A DNA stretch of 64,000 bases, from contig OZ316895.1 of the NCBI GenBank assembly GCA_973895155.1, positions 248,001 through 312,000 of the forward strand. Direction: 5' to 3'. The notes beneath the pieces are model-generated. The model saw only the letters and a list, made by a program, of their open reading frames with translations, made no database searches and was not told the DNA's origin. Shown piece by piece: positions 50,256 to 61,684 of the stretch. Position 1 is the stretch's first letter; the number at the start of each line of letters is the position of its first letter. This DNA is from Marsupella aquatica (lineage: Eukaryota > Plantae > Marchantiophyta). Both the position numbers and the translations under genes were made by a program.

Positions 50256-50305
50256 GGAAAGGAAAGGAAAGGAAAGGAAAGGAAAGGCAAGGAAAGGAAA
50301 GGAAA
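50256..50305 (+). repeat. (GGAAA)n microsatellite abutting the GDSL start codon
   Basis: About 10 units with one GGCAA variant; the last A is the A of the ATG. Confidence 0.95.
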
Positions 50306-53300
50306 TGGACGGAATGACGAGGGTGTTGCGGGGATGGGCGGTCGGTTTGATAGGACTGATCTTGGCGCAGTATGTGTTCTTTAGCAGCCCCACTGTGGAA
50401 GCAGCGGAGTGTTTCCATTCCGTCTTTGCCTTCGGTGATGGTCTAGTTGAAACCGGAAGCATTACAAACGTTTTTCCTAGCCTTCTCAACTATGACTACG
50501 CTCCTTATGGGTCGACGCACTTTGGGAAGCCCTCCGGCCGATTCAGTGACGGACGCCTTGTCGTTGACTTCCTATGTGAGTACAATTCTCCAAAACACCG
50601 CTCCATCTGCACAGCTGTCCACCCAGATGTCAATTTTCTGGTTATGAATCCTCTCACTATATAGAAATTGAAGGAACAGAGCTGATGACAGAGTTGACCT
50701 CGTACATTTTCTGATTAGATGTGTGAAAGCTATGGTCAAAATACGTTTTCGTGGATTTGGTAATCAACGCCAGTGTGAATGGGAGTGCGTTATATTCCTA
50801 GGTTAGACTTCCAATATGTAGCTAGTATGGGTGAGGAGATAGGCGGCAGCATCTATGGAATTTGTACTTTTTGCGTACTGAGCTACCTCTGCTAGGTGGT
50901 CCAGATGATGGTCCAGATGATGAGAGACATCACGATTGGGAAGTTTCATGAGGCTTGTGGAGCATGAGAAGTATAGTCTATGTCATTACGAGATTATCAT
51001 TAGGACGATGGTGAGGGTCATCGGTAGACGCGTCCGGTTGTTACTCTGCTCAAGGTGTTGTATGGGGGGCGTAACTTTCATCCATGTTGTGCCTGGCACT
51101 GCAACTCGTTGGGGTCAGTGAAATGTGTAGTATTTGCAACCAATTAGTATTGGTTTAATGACGCTTTCCGTCACTTCGCTTCACGAGATTCGTGAGAAAC
51201 TCTGATAATTTCGGAGACTAGAACTCGTCAATTCCCAACATTCGTTTGCTGCACGAGATTCGTGAAGAACTCTGATGAAATTTTGGAGACTAGAACTCGT
51301 CAACTCCCAACATTCGGTCACATCATCAGCTTTGAGTCAATCACCTTTCTCTGTGGCCATGAGGATGTCCCTGTCCGGGTTCTGAAGTTCACATACCTGC
51401 CGTTGACCAATGTACAATCATAGTCCGCTTCCTTGACCGTAGTCTCTATTTTTGGTTGTTAAGATCTTCAGGTGGATTGCATTTTCAGATATTAGTTCTT
51501 TGTGGACTCTACTTGACATATATCTATCGATTTCTTTGCTGTGATCATGAGTCCAGTCTTGTTTCAGTAGTTAACCTTTCCACAGAAACTTCAATGTCTG
51601 TCAAACACACGCTGTTCAGGCCTCAGCTTCATTTCGCTTAGCGCGTTTTGGACGTCACACGCTGGTATCAGGTTCCATGTTAATTGGACGGTAGTGATCC
51701 TCATTGCCGCAATTCCTCTTTCAAGAAGTGCTACAACAGTGCTTATTTCTTGAAATGAATCACAATTGACGTGTTTCCGTTGAAATCTGTGTGGCCAAAT
51801 GTTTTGTTTCCAAGTCGGTCCGCCAAAGGTTGCATCACGAATTGCATGAACGTTGCCAATGTTGACAAGAGGGATCTCCTTGAATAGTAGACGATTGGGT
51901 TATTCTCGGTTAGACTTGCGTCGTGTGGCGAAAAATGCATTCATTGTTTGATTTTGTCGGGAATGGGTTCAACTGACTTCCATTTTTGTATGTCGTCTGT
52001 GCAGGTGAAGCGCTTGGGTTGCCTAAGCTTCCTGCCTATGCCCAGACAGTGTCATCAGATTTCTCGAAAGGAGTAAGCTTTGGTTCAGCATTCTCCACAA
52101 TAGGCACAGTGTCAACGGGACAAACAGCAGGACCCTTCATGTTTCTGAATCCCTTCTCCCTCCCAATGCAAGTGGCGCAATATTTGGAATTCAAGTCCAC
52201 TACAAGCTTAGTTCATGCCTCTAAAACCATTCCAAACACAAAGAGATTTCTGCAGGAAGACGAGGCAAGCAATCTGGAAGAAGGTGCCTTCAAATTCCTT
52301 TCAAAGATGGGCCAGGCGGGCCTTTTACAATGTCCAGGCCTTGTCATGTGATTTGTGATCTTGTGTGGATTCGTTGGATATTGTGATAGACTAGCAAATT
52401 GAGATCTTAGACGAGTATTCAGGGGGTTATGGATGAGGAGTCCCCATTCGCTATCTTCAACCAGCTTTAGTACAAGCTTATGAGGCGTAGACACACGTTT
52501 GTAGACTTTTTATTAATTTGGAACAGGTGTCTGGATAGTATATGTGTGGTTTTGTTTCAGTGGTTTTCAGTTTTGTGTACATTGTGGTGCAGGCGCCCAC
52601 GCCAAGGCACGTCTTCCTCTCAATGTGGACTTCAAGGGGGGCTTGTACATGGTGGCTACGGGGCGACACGACATCATTAACTTCTACAACATGAATTTTA
52701 GCTCTGAGTACATTGAGAGCAAATTTGAAGATCTGACGACTAAGTTAGGCCTTGCTGTCAGGGTGAGATTATTTGCGCCACCTCACAGTCCAGTTGTCAT
52801 GTCTCTTGTGATTGCGTCTGTTGACTATATTCATTATTTCCAATGCTGTATACGACCGCGGATTATCTTTTCCTTGCATTTCTTTTCCCAATTATCGCTA
52901 GGGCACAGAAGTACGCTCATTTAGCTTCTTTATATTCTGACGCAGATCCTGACACCTCTTCTGTCTGTTTTAAAGTTTTTTCAATTTTTGCTGGAGACCA
53001 TAGTTGTGGACACGATCTTCTGTTCAGTATAATTCAGAAATTTATGAACCTGTTTTCTCAACCAGTTGCACTCTTGCTCTGTCTTTTATATTTGCTTACT
53101 TTTCTGGGTAACATACAAACGGGGTGATAGGACTCTTCCACCAGACTAAAGTCTGCCCCACGTTACCAAGCGATGCTGGACTTTGAGCAGATCTTATAGC
53201 GGGATGAGAGGTTACTATCTGCGATGTACTGCATAATGTCTGTGTCTCACCCAGGTCAAAGAACATTGGCATTCTTAGGTCATCTAGTTGTGGTCTGAAA

Positions 53301-54563
53301 ACTTGATCAGATCGGAAAAGTACTGTTTCATTCCTCTCTCCAACTTCAATAGAACGCAGACTTCTCAGCAAACCGTACCTCGTCCGAGGGTTTAGCAGTT
53401 GAGCGAAGGAGTCACTTTTTCTTTTTCATGGATCCTTGGCTGGTTGTGTTCACGTTGACTCCACAGTCTTCTAGGTTGGCCTTGGTGGAGTCACAATTCT
53501 GCTTTGATATATCGAAATGCCCTCTTACAGTTGTCCAGGGCTTCATTTCATTTTGTTAGTGAAGTCTGCAGAGTATCATGTCCAGATGGATATGTGAGAG
53601 TAAACAGGACCTGACGACTCTGCTATTGTGACTGCAGACTTTTGCCAAGCTTCATGGAGTGAAGAACGTCATAGTCTTCGATGTCGAGCCCCTTGGATGC
53701 CAACCGTTCCTTCTCACCTTGCTGCCCCACACACGTGCGGATCTAGATCACAAGGGGTGTCTGATTGCTGTTAATGATCTTGTCCTGAAATTCAACAAGC
53801 AACTTAAGGGTTATGTGAAATCCTGGCGTGAACAACATAAAGCAAATATCGTCTATTTGTCCCTGTATGACATTACGATCAAGCTGATTAATGATGCTGA
53901 ATCTGGTATGAATCAATTTGTGGATCTTTCTCATTCGCTTTTTTCAATCATAATTCCGTCTGCGCTGGCATGGAAGCTTGATTCTTTCCTTGAGATTGTA
54001 GCTAACCTTTGATCGTTATTGGGCGTAGTCGGGGTGGTCGTCTGTGGGCCTTCCAACATCACACTTTATATAGTTTCCTAAGATAATTTTCTCATGGAAC
54101 AGCCCTGAATGTTCCTGTTAGTTAATTTGAGTCCATCATTTTTGCTATTATTTACACTTGAGCTTGCTGTTAGGTACGCTAAGTCGTGCGTGCACATTGT
54201 ATTCCCTTGATGTAAGCGCTTAGAAAGTTTGGAAGATGGTGTGCTTTCACTGAGACAAAATTGGATTGCCTTCGCGTGGCAGGATTCACGTCTACTAATG
54301 TCGCGTGCTGTGGAGTACCTTCATCGCCCTACAACGTCAACAAATTAGTACCATGCGGACCCCCTGGGTTTGACATTACGACCGATCCGCCCACTCCCAT
54401 GCAGGCTACTAGTTGTTCCAAGCCCAGCTCACATTTGTACTGGGATGGCTTTTACACAACTGAGGCAGCCAACAAATACATTACTGAGCAGATCTTGTCC
54501 GGTGACTACTTCGATATTCCCTTTGAATACTTCACCTCCTGTGCTAAGAATCCTCTCTCTTAA
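50305..54563 (+). CDS. Secreted GDSL/SGNH esterase-like protein, 5 exons (50305-50575, 52005-52282, 52593-52762, 53638-53905, 54283-54563); catalytic residues substituted
   Basis: Signal peptide, FAFGDGLVETG, PYGSTHFGKPSGRFSDGRLVVDFL, PLGCQP, ACCG, LYWDGFYTTEAAN; canonical 5-exon GDSL layout. Confidence 0.9.
51182..51315 (+). repeat. ~70-bp tandem duplication in GDSL intron 1
   Basis: CACGAGATTCGTGA...GGAGACTAGAACTCGTCAA.TCCCAACATTCG x2. Confidence 0.85.
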
Positions 54564-56974
54564 ACCAGTTCTCAGAACAAGTTGGACCCTTGTAAGATTT
54601 CAACCTGCCGGAGATAAATTTAGCTATAGACAGATTTCGTTTAGGGGGCACTTTTCCCTCAAGAGAAGGCGGTCTGTACACGACGCTAGCTCACTTGGGG
54701 GTTCCAAGGAACGAACGGACGAAGTGGGGATGAAGAAACGGTTGCATTCAAGTGGTCAACATAGTGTTCCAATCTGGCAGAATCATTTTATTCGAGTTAA
54801 ATCGATTCTCAGAATTCCAATTGTTACCTCCCCTCAATGCGTCGTCGAGTGGCTCGTCAAATTCTTTTAAGCTTGTACTTTAACGAGAAACCTGTAATTT
54901 ATGGAAAAGTTATTGATTGTCATCTCCTTGTAAATTCTGTGGGTTGGATCTCGACCATCTTGTGTCTGCACGAGGAAGATTGTCAACAATCGCTATTTTT
55001 GAGTCATTGTTTTAGAAGCAGCAAGTAATTTGCAGTTGTGGCAGTTCTGGTTAAGGTAAGTGGTTAAATCTGCAACTTTAGGAGTTCGATCGGTGCAGAT
55101 CTTCATTTTTCGGGGATAGAGTTTCTATACACGGCATCAGAATTGCCTCGTGAGTTCCTACGTACATTGTCTAGGTGTGGAGAGCTCCGGCTCCGGCTTC
55201 TAGCATGACAATAATTCTTCAAGATACACCCAGGTATAGGGAAACAACTCCATTCGCCCTAAAGCATGTTGCAAGCAAGGACAAGTCAGTGTGCATTTCC
55301 TGGAGGAGCTTGCGATCCTCTTCCGTTCCTCTGCCATTTGTTCACTCTCACACCAACGAGAGAGCTCACTGTAAACAACGATTCGACCTGCTGATACAAT
55401 ATTTTTAGGACGAAAAGTACAAGATGTGGTGTACAAAGAAGAGAGCTCCTTCTAAACTCCACCATTCTACAGGGGTTCTACCTGCTGATAGTATTTTAGG
55501 TCAAAAAGACTGGGATGTTAGTCCCGGTAGGATAAGAGATGTCACTCGTTTGTTGATGTAGATGAACTTAGACCAAATGACTCCCGAACATAGGATGGCC
55601 TGGCCTCAGTGGCAGCAGAAATCAACCTTGCGATTAGTATAATTTGCAAGATGGCTTCAAGTGGTTTTCATGACTTGGTTGTTGGTGCACATGGCCTAAA
55701 GATGGAGACATGGGGGGGCCATGTGCGAGTGAAGTGAGGGTTGGTCAGTCGTCTTCTGTAGTAACTTTACGAAGGTACTTGTGAAGCCACCTGCGTGGTT
55801 TATTTTAGTGTAGTAAACCACGAAAGTACTTCATCTGTGGTAGGCAGCTACAAAAGTTATACTTCAATGACTGAGATCGAGGCAAGTACTAGCAGTCCCT
55901 AAATTGGCTTCCAATCTTCCGTGGTACCTTCCACCTTGAAAGCCATTGTACAATCTTGGTCACGTCGACACGCAGGGACTTCACATTCATGCATTCCGTT
56001 ACCTTGATATGTTTGGGTATTTCAGTGATTTTGGCGACATAGATTAACAGAGCTACTCTTCATTCCCGCAACGTGGACCAAGCGAAGCAATCTAATTACT
56101 GACAAGATCGTTATCCCAACCTCAAATTACAAGATCAGGATCATGACTCGAGACGAGTGGTACTATTTCACCCTACGCATGGAATAACGGATAACCGATT
56201 CTGCTCACTTGAACCATATGAATTGTATTTGTAGTGTTCTAAAGCTGGATCTCGGCATGCAACCGAAAGCTGTTTTCAATGCTCGGAAGTTTCATTCACG
56301 TATGTAGCAACATGTCAGAACAACATTCAACAATAGCATACGTCACGAGATGCAATAAGAAAGTTTTCCTACTCATCTCAACACCACGTTCAATTGTTTA
56401 CTGCAGCGGCTGGTTGCCTTAGAACTTGTGGCGGTACCTATCACGATTAAGAATAATGTACAATTGAAACGCACTAAAGGGACATGAATGGTCCCAATTA
56501 ATTTTTCTACACTACGACCAACAATTCGACCATGAAGGGCCAGTTATCCTCCGTCCTCAACTGCCAAGTGCTTCCAAATAAGTAAAGATGTTTCTATTCC
56601 AAATCGATCTATAGATGAATCCTTCTAAATTGCTCACATCGTCCGGAAGGAACCTATCACCGTTCGTATGTCAGTCCCGCTTGGCAACCCAACTCACGAT
56701 TTGCTGGTCACAAGAAAGATCCTCCAAAAAGTTTGCTGAATGCTAAATAGAAACATTCCAAGTTGAAGGGAAGTCGTTCTTTGTAAAATACTTTTCGTGA
56801 GCGGGAGTGCTGCACACAAATAGCGGTTGCTGTTTTTTTCACGAGGATATTTATAGAGCGTCTCTGACGGGTGGCTAAAATGTAAAATACTATCTATTAC
56901 TGAAAAATATGTGCCCTAACATTAATTCCCTGTATACATTTTCCTTGGTTCTTCTAATATAGCATGACAACGCT

Positions 56975-58378
56975 TTAGACAAGCAATGCTTGCTTCGTAC
57001 CTCCAGGTGCCATGTCGTGGACAAGCTCCAGTGATTCGGACAACCTATGGAGCAAATTGACGAGGGCAATCACTTCATTCCGTTGCAAATCAAGTTGAGC
57101 CGCGGATTGAGGTTCGGTTGGCTCCACAGAAAACAAAATTTTGAGGGCGGTTCCGAGCCCCAAAGTCTGAAGTTTACCCCAAAGCCTGCACTTTTCACAT
57201 CCTACACAGTCCATTAAAGAACTGATGTTGCGAAAGTGGTGTTGAATTTGCTGTTTCAGCTGTCCGCTATCGTCACGATGCCACATCTGTGCCTCGTCGA
57301 AGGGAACTGGACAAGCAGAACGTAAGCGTTCGTTGTTCACGAGCTCCTCCATCAGCTGGAGCGTTTGCTGGTCCTCAACTGAATTGCCTGTGTCATACTC
57401 TGCTTGCGAGAGATAATCAGCAGCCTTGGTGACAGCTCTCAACACAAAGAGAAAGGTGAAGTAGAGATTCTGCACTCGCTCGGGGTACTTGAGCACACGC
57501 TCATAAAGAAGCGCAGGATTAGGTCCCCATGTGTCCGTGGTCTCATCGAGTAAATAATCTGCAGCAATGTGGGTAGTAATTGACGTGTGAAGACCTGATA
57601 TCAATCTGTACAGGAAGCGTGCCTCCATACACGAATCTCGTTCCTCGTCCTCAAAGCAATTCTCCTGATAGATAGCCTCCCAGATTCTACGGGCAGATGG
57701 TCCAACATATCCAGTGAATCTTTCGGGGTTGAGAAGCAAATTCACATAAGTGATATCTGAATTGTCTCTTTCATCATCCTGCGTCCACGGATTGTCACTC
57801 TCCGTCCAACCCCGGAAGGATCTAGTGTCCAAAGTTCGATCAACAGCAGCGACAGCCTTACCCTCCTGGCAAGATATATCCTCTAACCCTAATCCCTTCT
57901 TGAACGTCTCTGGGAATTCGCTATCGGGGCACTCACAAACACTGCAATCCCGTAGCCTGCACATCCCATCCTCCGGCCAAAATGGGCAGTCGCACCAAAG
58001 TTTCACCTTGAAGTAACGGAAGAAGGGTTGTTTCACTAAGTCGTGCAGTAGGGAGTGCAGAATCTCGTGATTCAAAGAATAGACGGTTCCATACTCACAG
58101 CAACAGTCCTCAACCAATCCTGTTAAATCTTTCAGATGTGGACAGGGGCATGGCGCCTCCAGACCCCAGATCAAACGCTTGCTCTCGTTCCACCATTCAT
58201 TCAGCCCCGACCGCTGATTACTAGAAGTAGAAAGTGAATTCGGGATAGAGACGAATGGCGCAACCCCGATTGCTAGAATTGCAAAGATCAGCCCGAACAA
58301 CACAGTGCTCATGTAACGAGATTTCCATCTCCTTTCCCTCTCTAGTGCATCTTGCTCTGCCCCCTCAGCTGCGCTCAT
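56975..58378 (-). CDS. ERO1: Endoplasmic reticulum oxidoreductin-1, intronless
   Basis: N-terminal TM segment, FFRYFKVKLWCDCPFWPEDGMC, YVNLLLNPERFTGY, LISGLHTSI, MDCVGCEKCRLWGKLQ. Confidence 0.95.
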   Translation of the reverse strand: MSAAEGAEQDALERERRWKSRYMSTVLFGLIFAILAIGVAPFVSIPNSLSTSSNQRSGLNEWWNESKRLIWGLEAPCPCPHLKDLTGLVEDCCCEYGTVYSLNHEILHSLLHDLVKQPFFRYFKVKLWCDCPFWPEDGMCRLRDCSVCECPDSEFPETFKKGLGLEDISCQEGKAVAAVDRTLDTRSFRGWTESDNPWTQDDERDNSDITYVNLLLNPERFTGYVGPSARRIWEAIYQENCFEDEERDSCMEARFLYRLISGLHTSITTHIAADYLLDETTDTWGPNPALLYERVLKYPERVQNLYFTFLFVLRAVTKAADYLSQAEYDTGNSVEDQQTLQLMEELVNNERLRSACPVPFDEAQMWHRDDSGQLKQQIQHHFRNISSLMDCVGCEKCRLWGKLQTLGLGTALKILFSVEPTEPQSAAQLDLQRNEVIALVNLLHRLSESLELVHDMAPGGTKQALLV

Positions 58379-60036
58379 CTTCGCAAGTTGATCAACCTCT
58401 TGCTCTTCCCTGTCCGTGGGTCCCGTTCAAATATGTCCTGCACTTTCCCAAGACTCTCCGTCTCCCTAATTTCTATGTCGAAGATCTCTATTTCGCAGCT
58501 CCGAAAGAAGAAGCCTGAGAGCCTGAGGAATGGCGATAGTCGAAGTCTGACCTCACTCAAATGACAGCAAACGGCAGTGTTACTCAACAGATCAAGCGGT
58601 CACGCGATCTAGAACCAGAAAGATCGTCCCTTCGAAGACATCCAATCATAACCAAACACGATCGAGAGCTGCAAATAGCATCCTGTGTGCATCGTCTGTC
58701 ATCAGTAGAAGGGACAGATAACAGCATAAAGGAGACCCAATTCGTATGCTGTATTCACAAATCAGTAACCCCCCCCCCCTCCCCCCTCCCCCGAACCTCG
58801 AGCCAAACTCAGTGAAATTCAGGCGGCTTTACATAGTCGATTCTTTCAGCTAAAACCCATCTTCATTTGTCCTACACCGGACGGGCTTTTCGTCCCGATC
58901 TGCTGTGGGCCTGTAATGCAAGCCCCCGCCTTGTCAACACTCCAACGAATTGCCCCCAGGACGCTTGTCCGTCCGCCAGACTTCGGTAGAGCTCTGCCGC
59001 CATGGGCCCCATTCTCCTTCTTCTCTAGAGAGGGATCTCCTCTTCCCTCTTGTCAGGTCCCGCTAGGTGGATCTCAAGGTTAGTCAAGGGAAGAAAGTGA
59101 CTTCAATTCTTGCCACAACCGGCACAGACTAGAAAGTTGGACTCACGATTGGGCTTTCGAGAAAAAATCTCCCCCTCACTCTTTCCTCCTCCCCTTCTTC
59201 CCTCCCGGCCGCCTTGGCTGCCACCATCACACACAATCTCACAATATCGCGGGGACTTCAAAAAGCATCTTACCAAATCTAACCGATCAGAAGAAGGTGA
59301 AGCTCGAAGGAAGATACGTTGGTTTTATAATTTTTCCGTGCCTCACTAATCCATCCAATAAACTACTTGCCCCAACACATATGAAAGCATGGCCGAATAC
59401 CGTGGTCCACCCCGAGCCTTGGGGAGCCCCTCTACTACTCCTCCAAGTTTTAGTATTTGGGGGACGGATCCGTGAAAGTGCATCGATGACACTGTGGGGT
59501 GGTCCATGCCTCTTGCCAACTGGTTGCCCCCCGAGCAGTGGGCACAAGATGTGGACTCTATAATAAACCAGGCCCGTGACCGAAGGGGCCGATCACAAAG
59601 GCTGAACCGTTACATAGCTTCTAGATGTGTTAAGTAAATGGTTGTATTATTTTGCATTTGATTTTGCCGATGAAAATATTTCAAATATGACTATGACATT
59701 TTTCAAGTATTCCTGAAAAACCAGGAGTTATCTTGAATTAAGTTCAAGTGAGTGATGCATCATGAAAAATAATTCCTCTATCTTTGAATACGGGTTCTTT
59801 ACATCAAAACATTTGTCAACTCATTTTCTAACAACGTCTTTTGTGGTTCACTAGACTTTGGAACCAAATTGACTAATTAGAGAGTGACACACAGTGAACT
59901 CACATCTGATAAAACTTGAAGTTTTCACTCCACTTTATTGTATTTTGTGATCTTTCAATTTTATATGAAATCTGACCACTTGGCATACAAGTACCATAAA
60001 ATTTGTTTCACAACCATGTAAACAATTAGCAGATAA

Positions 60037-60156
60037 GGATGTACCCATGGATTACATTCTTGAAGGTACTATGGGGGGTACTATGTACCCAAACTGGGAT
60101 GTACCCATGGATTACATTCTTGAAGGTACTATGGGGGGTACTATGTACCCAAACTG
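60037..60156 (+). repeat. Perfect 60-bp direct tandem duplication
   Basis: GGATGTACCCATGGATTACATTCTTGAAGGTACTATGGGGGGTACTATGTACCCAAACTG x2. Confidence 0.95.
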
Positions 60157-61566
60157 CCGTAACTTGCCTATGCATAAACTAATACATGGTTAAGTCATAT
60201 TATTTTGGCAACTCTACAACAATAGAATGAAGATGAACACAATTAATGCCCTCAATAGGTTATTAATTTTATTTTTATTTTATTGTACAATATCCAGAAG
60301 TTAGAAGCTCCATTTTGAGCCCCAGCCCTATTAGGTCCCACTTGGTAGTTTTGACCAGCATAATATAGTTGGGCACGATTCAAATGATGTAGAGATGGAC
60401 TTTTGGGTTTTCTCTCATGAACATTTTTGGATGGCTTTGCATCCTGTTGTTGAGTTTATTTGTGCAAAAACAGATAAACGTCAAAGAAGTGGAATTTGCT
60501 GTGGATGAGTCTTGCCAAGAAAAACAATACAGAGTACTTTGCAGAGACAGTACCTTGCGGAGAAAAACTTTTGAAGACATTTTTGGGCACCCATCACAAA
60601 AACTGAACATAGTTCTGCCCAATAATCTAATTAGGTCCTGATCAAAATCACACCTAACCTAAGTAAAAGTACACCCAACCCATTCTTCTATAATAACTCA
60701 AACAAAAATCTAGATTTGTGCATATAAATGCATGAGAAGTTTAGACAAAGAAAAAAAGAATATGTTTTTCCATTTTGATTTTCATTTCATATTTGTTACT
60801 TTATTAAAAACTCCCTCAAATAGTGTTCGCCCCCTCTCGCAAGAAAAAGGATAAAAACAAAGACCATTTTGAACAAAAGTTTTATAAAAATAAAAAAAAC
60901 TCTCCCTTTTTGTCTTTTTTATTTCTCCCCTTAAAATACCCTTAAACCTCCATCCCACCCACCCTAAAAGGTTGAAAATAACTGATGCAAAGAATATCAT
61001 ATCTCAACAATTAAAGAACATTTCCTTTACCCTTTTTTATCCCTCCCCTTAAGGTAACCTTCTCCATCCCCACCAAAGAATACAAATGTCTTTTTTTTTG
61101 TCTATCATTTCTCCTAAACAAACAGATGAAGAAGAAATAGAAACACAAAATTTAAGTCCCCTCATTTTTATTTCTCCCCTCTTACTTAGCCCCTTCAAAA
61201 GAGTCGTCCCTCTTCCTTATGACCCCATTCACCCAAAGGAAAGAAATAAAAAAGAATGGAATGCTTCCACACAAAAAGGTCCCTTAGAGTCGCCCCTCTT
61301 ATTCAGCCCCTTGGAAAGTGTGTCCCAGGTTACCCTTGAAGATGCTGTACATAAGTAGGTACCCCTTTTCCCAATGAAAAAACAAAAAGGATTCAATAGC
61401 AATAAACACTCTCTAGAAAGAAACAAAACATTAAATGTTCTCTCTCATCTCCTTTTGTCTCATGGTGTAGTATATGTACACATGTACAATACTGTGAGGA
61501 AAATACTTTATTCTCATCATGACAAGAAGTGAGGCCTAGTTACAAAAGGCAAAGTATAACTGACCA

Positions 61567-61684
61567 ATGTATTGGAACGAAAGTATTGGAACCAAAATAT
61601 GGGAACCAAAGTATTGAGAACAAAGTATTGGAACCAAAGTATTGAGAACAAAGTATTGGAACCAAACCAAAGTATTTTGGGACC
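61567..61684 (+). repeat. Minisatellite of ~14-15-bp units (AAAGTATTGGAACC / AAAGTATTGAGAAC)
   Basis: About 8 imperfect units read directly. Confidence 0.85.
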
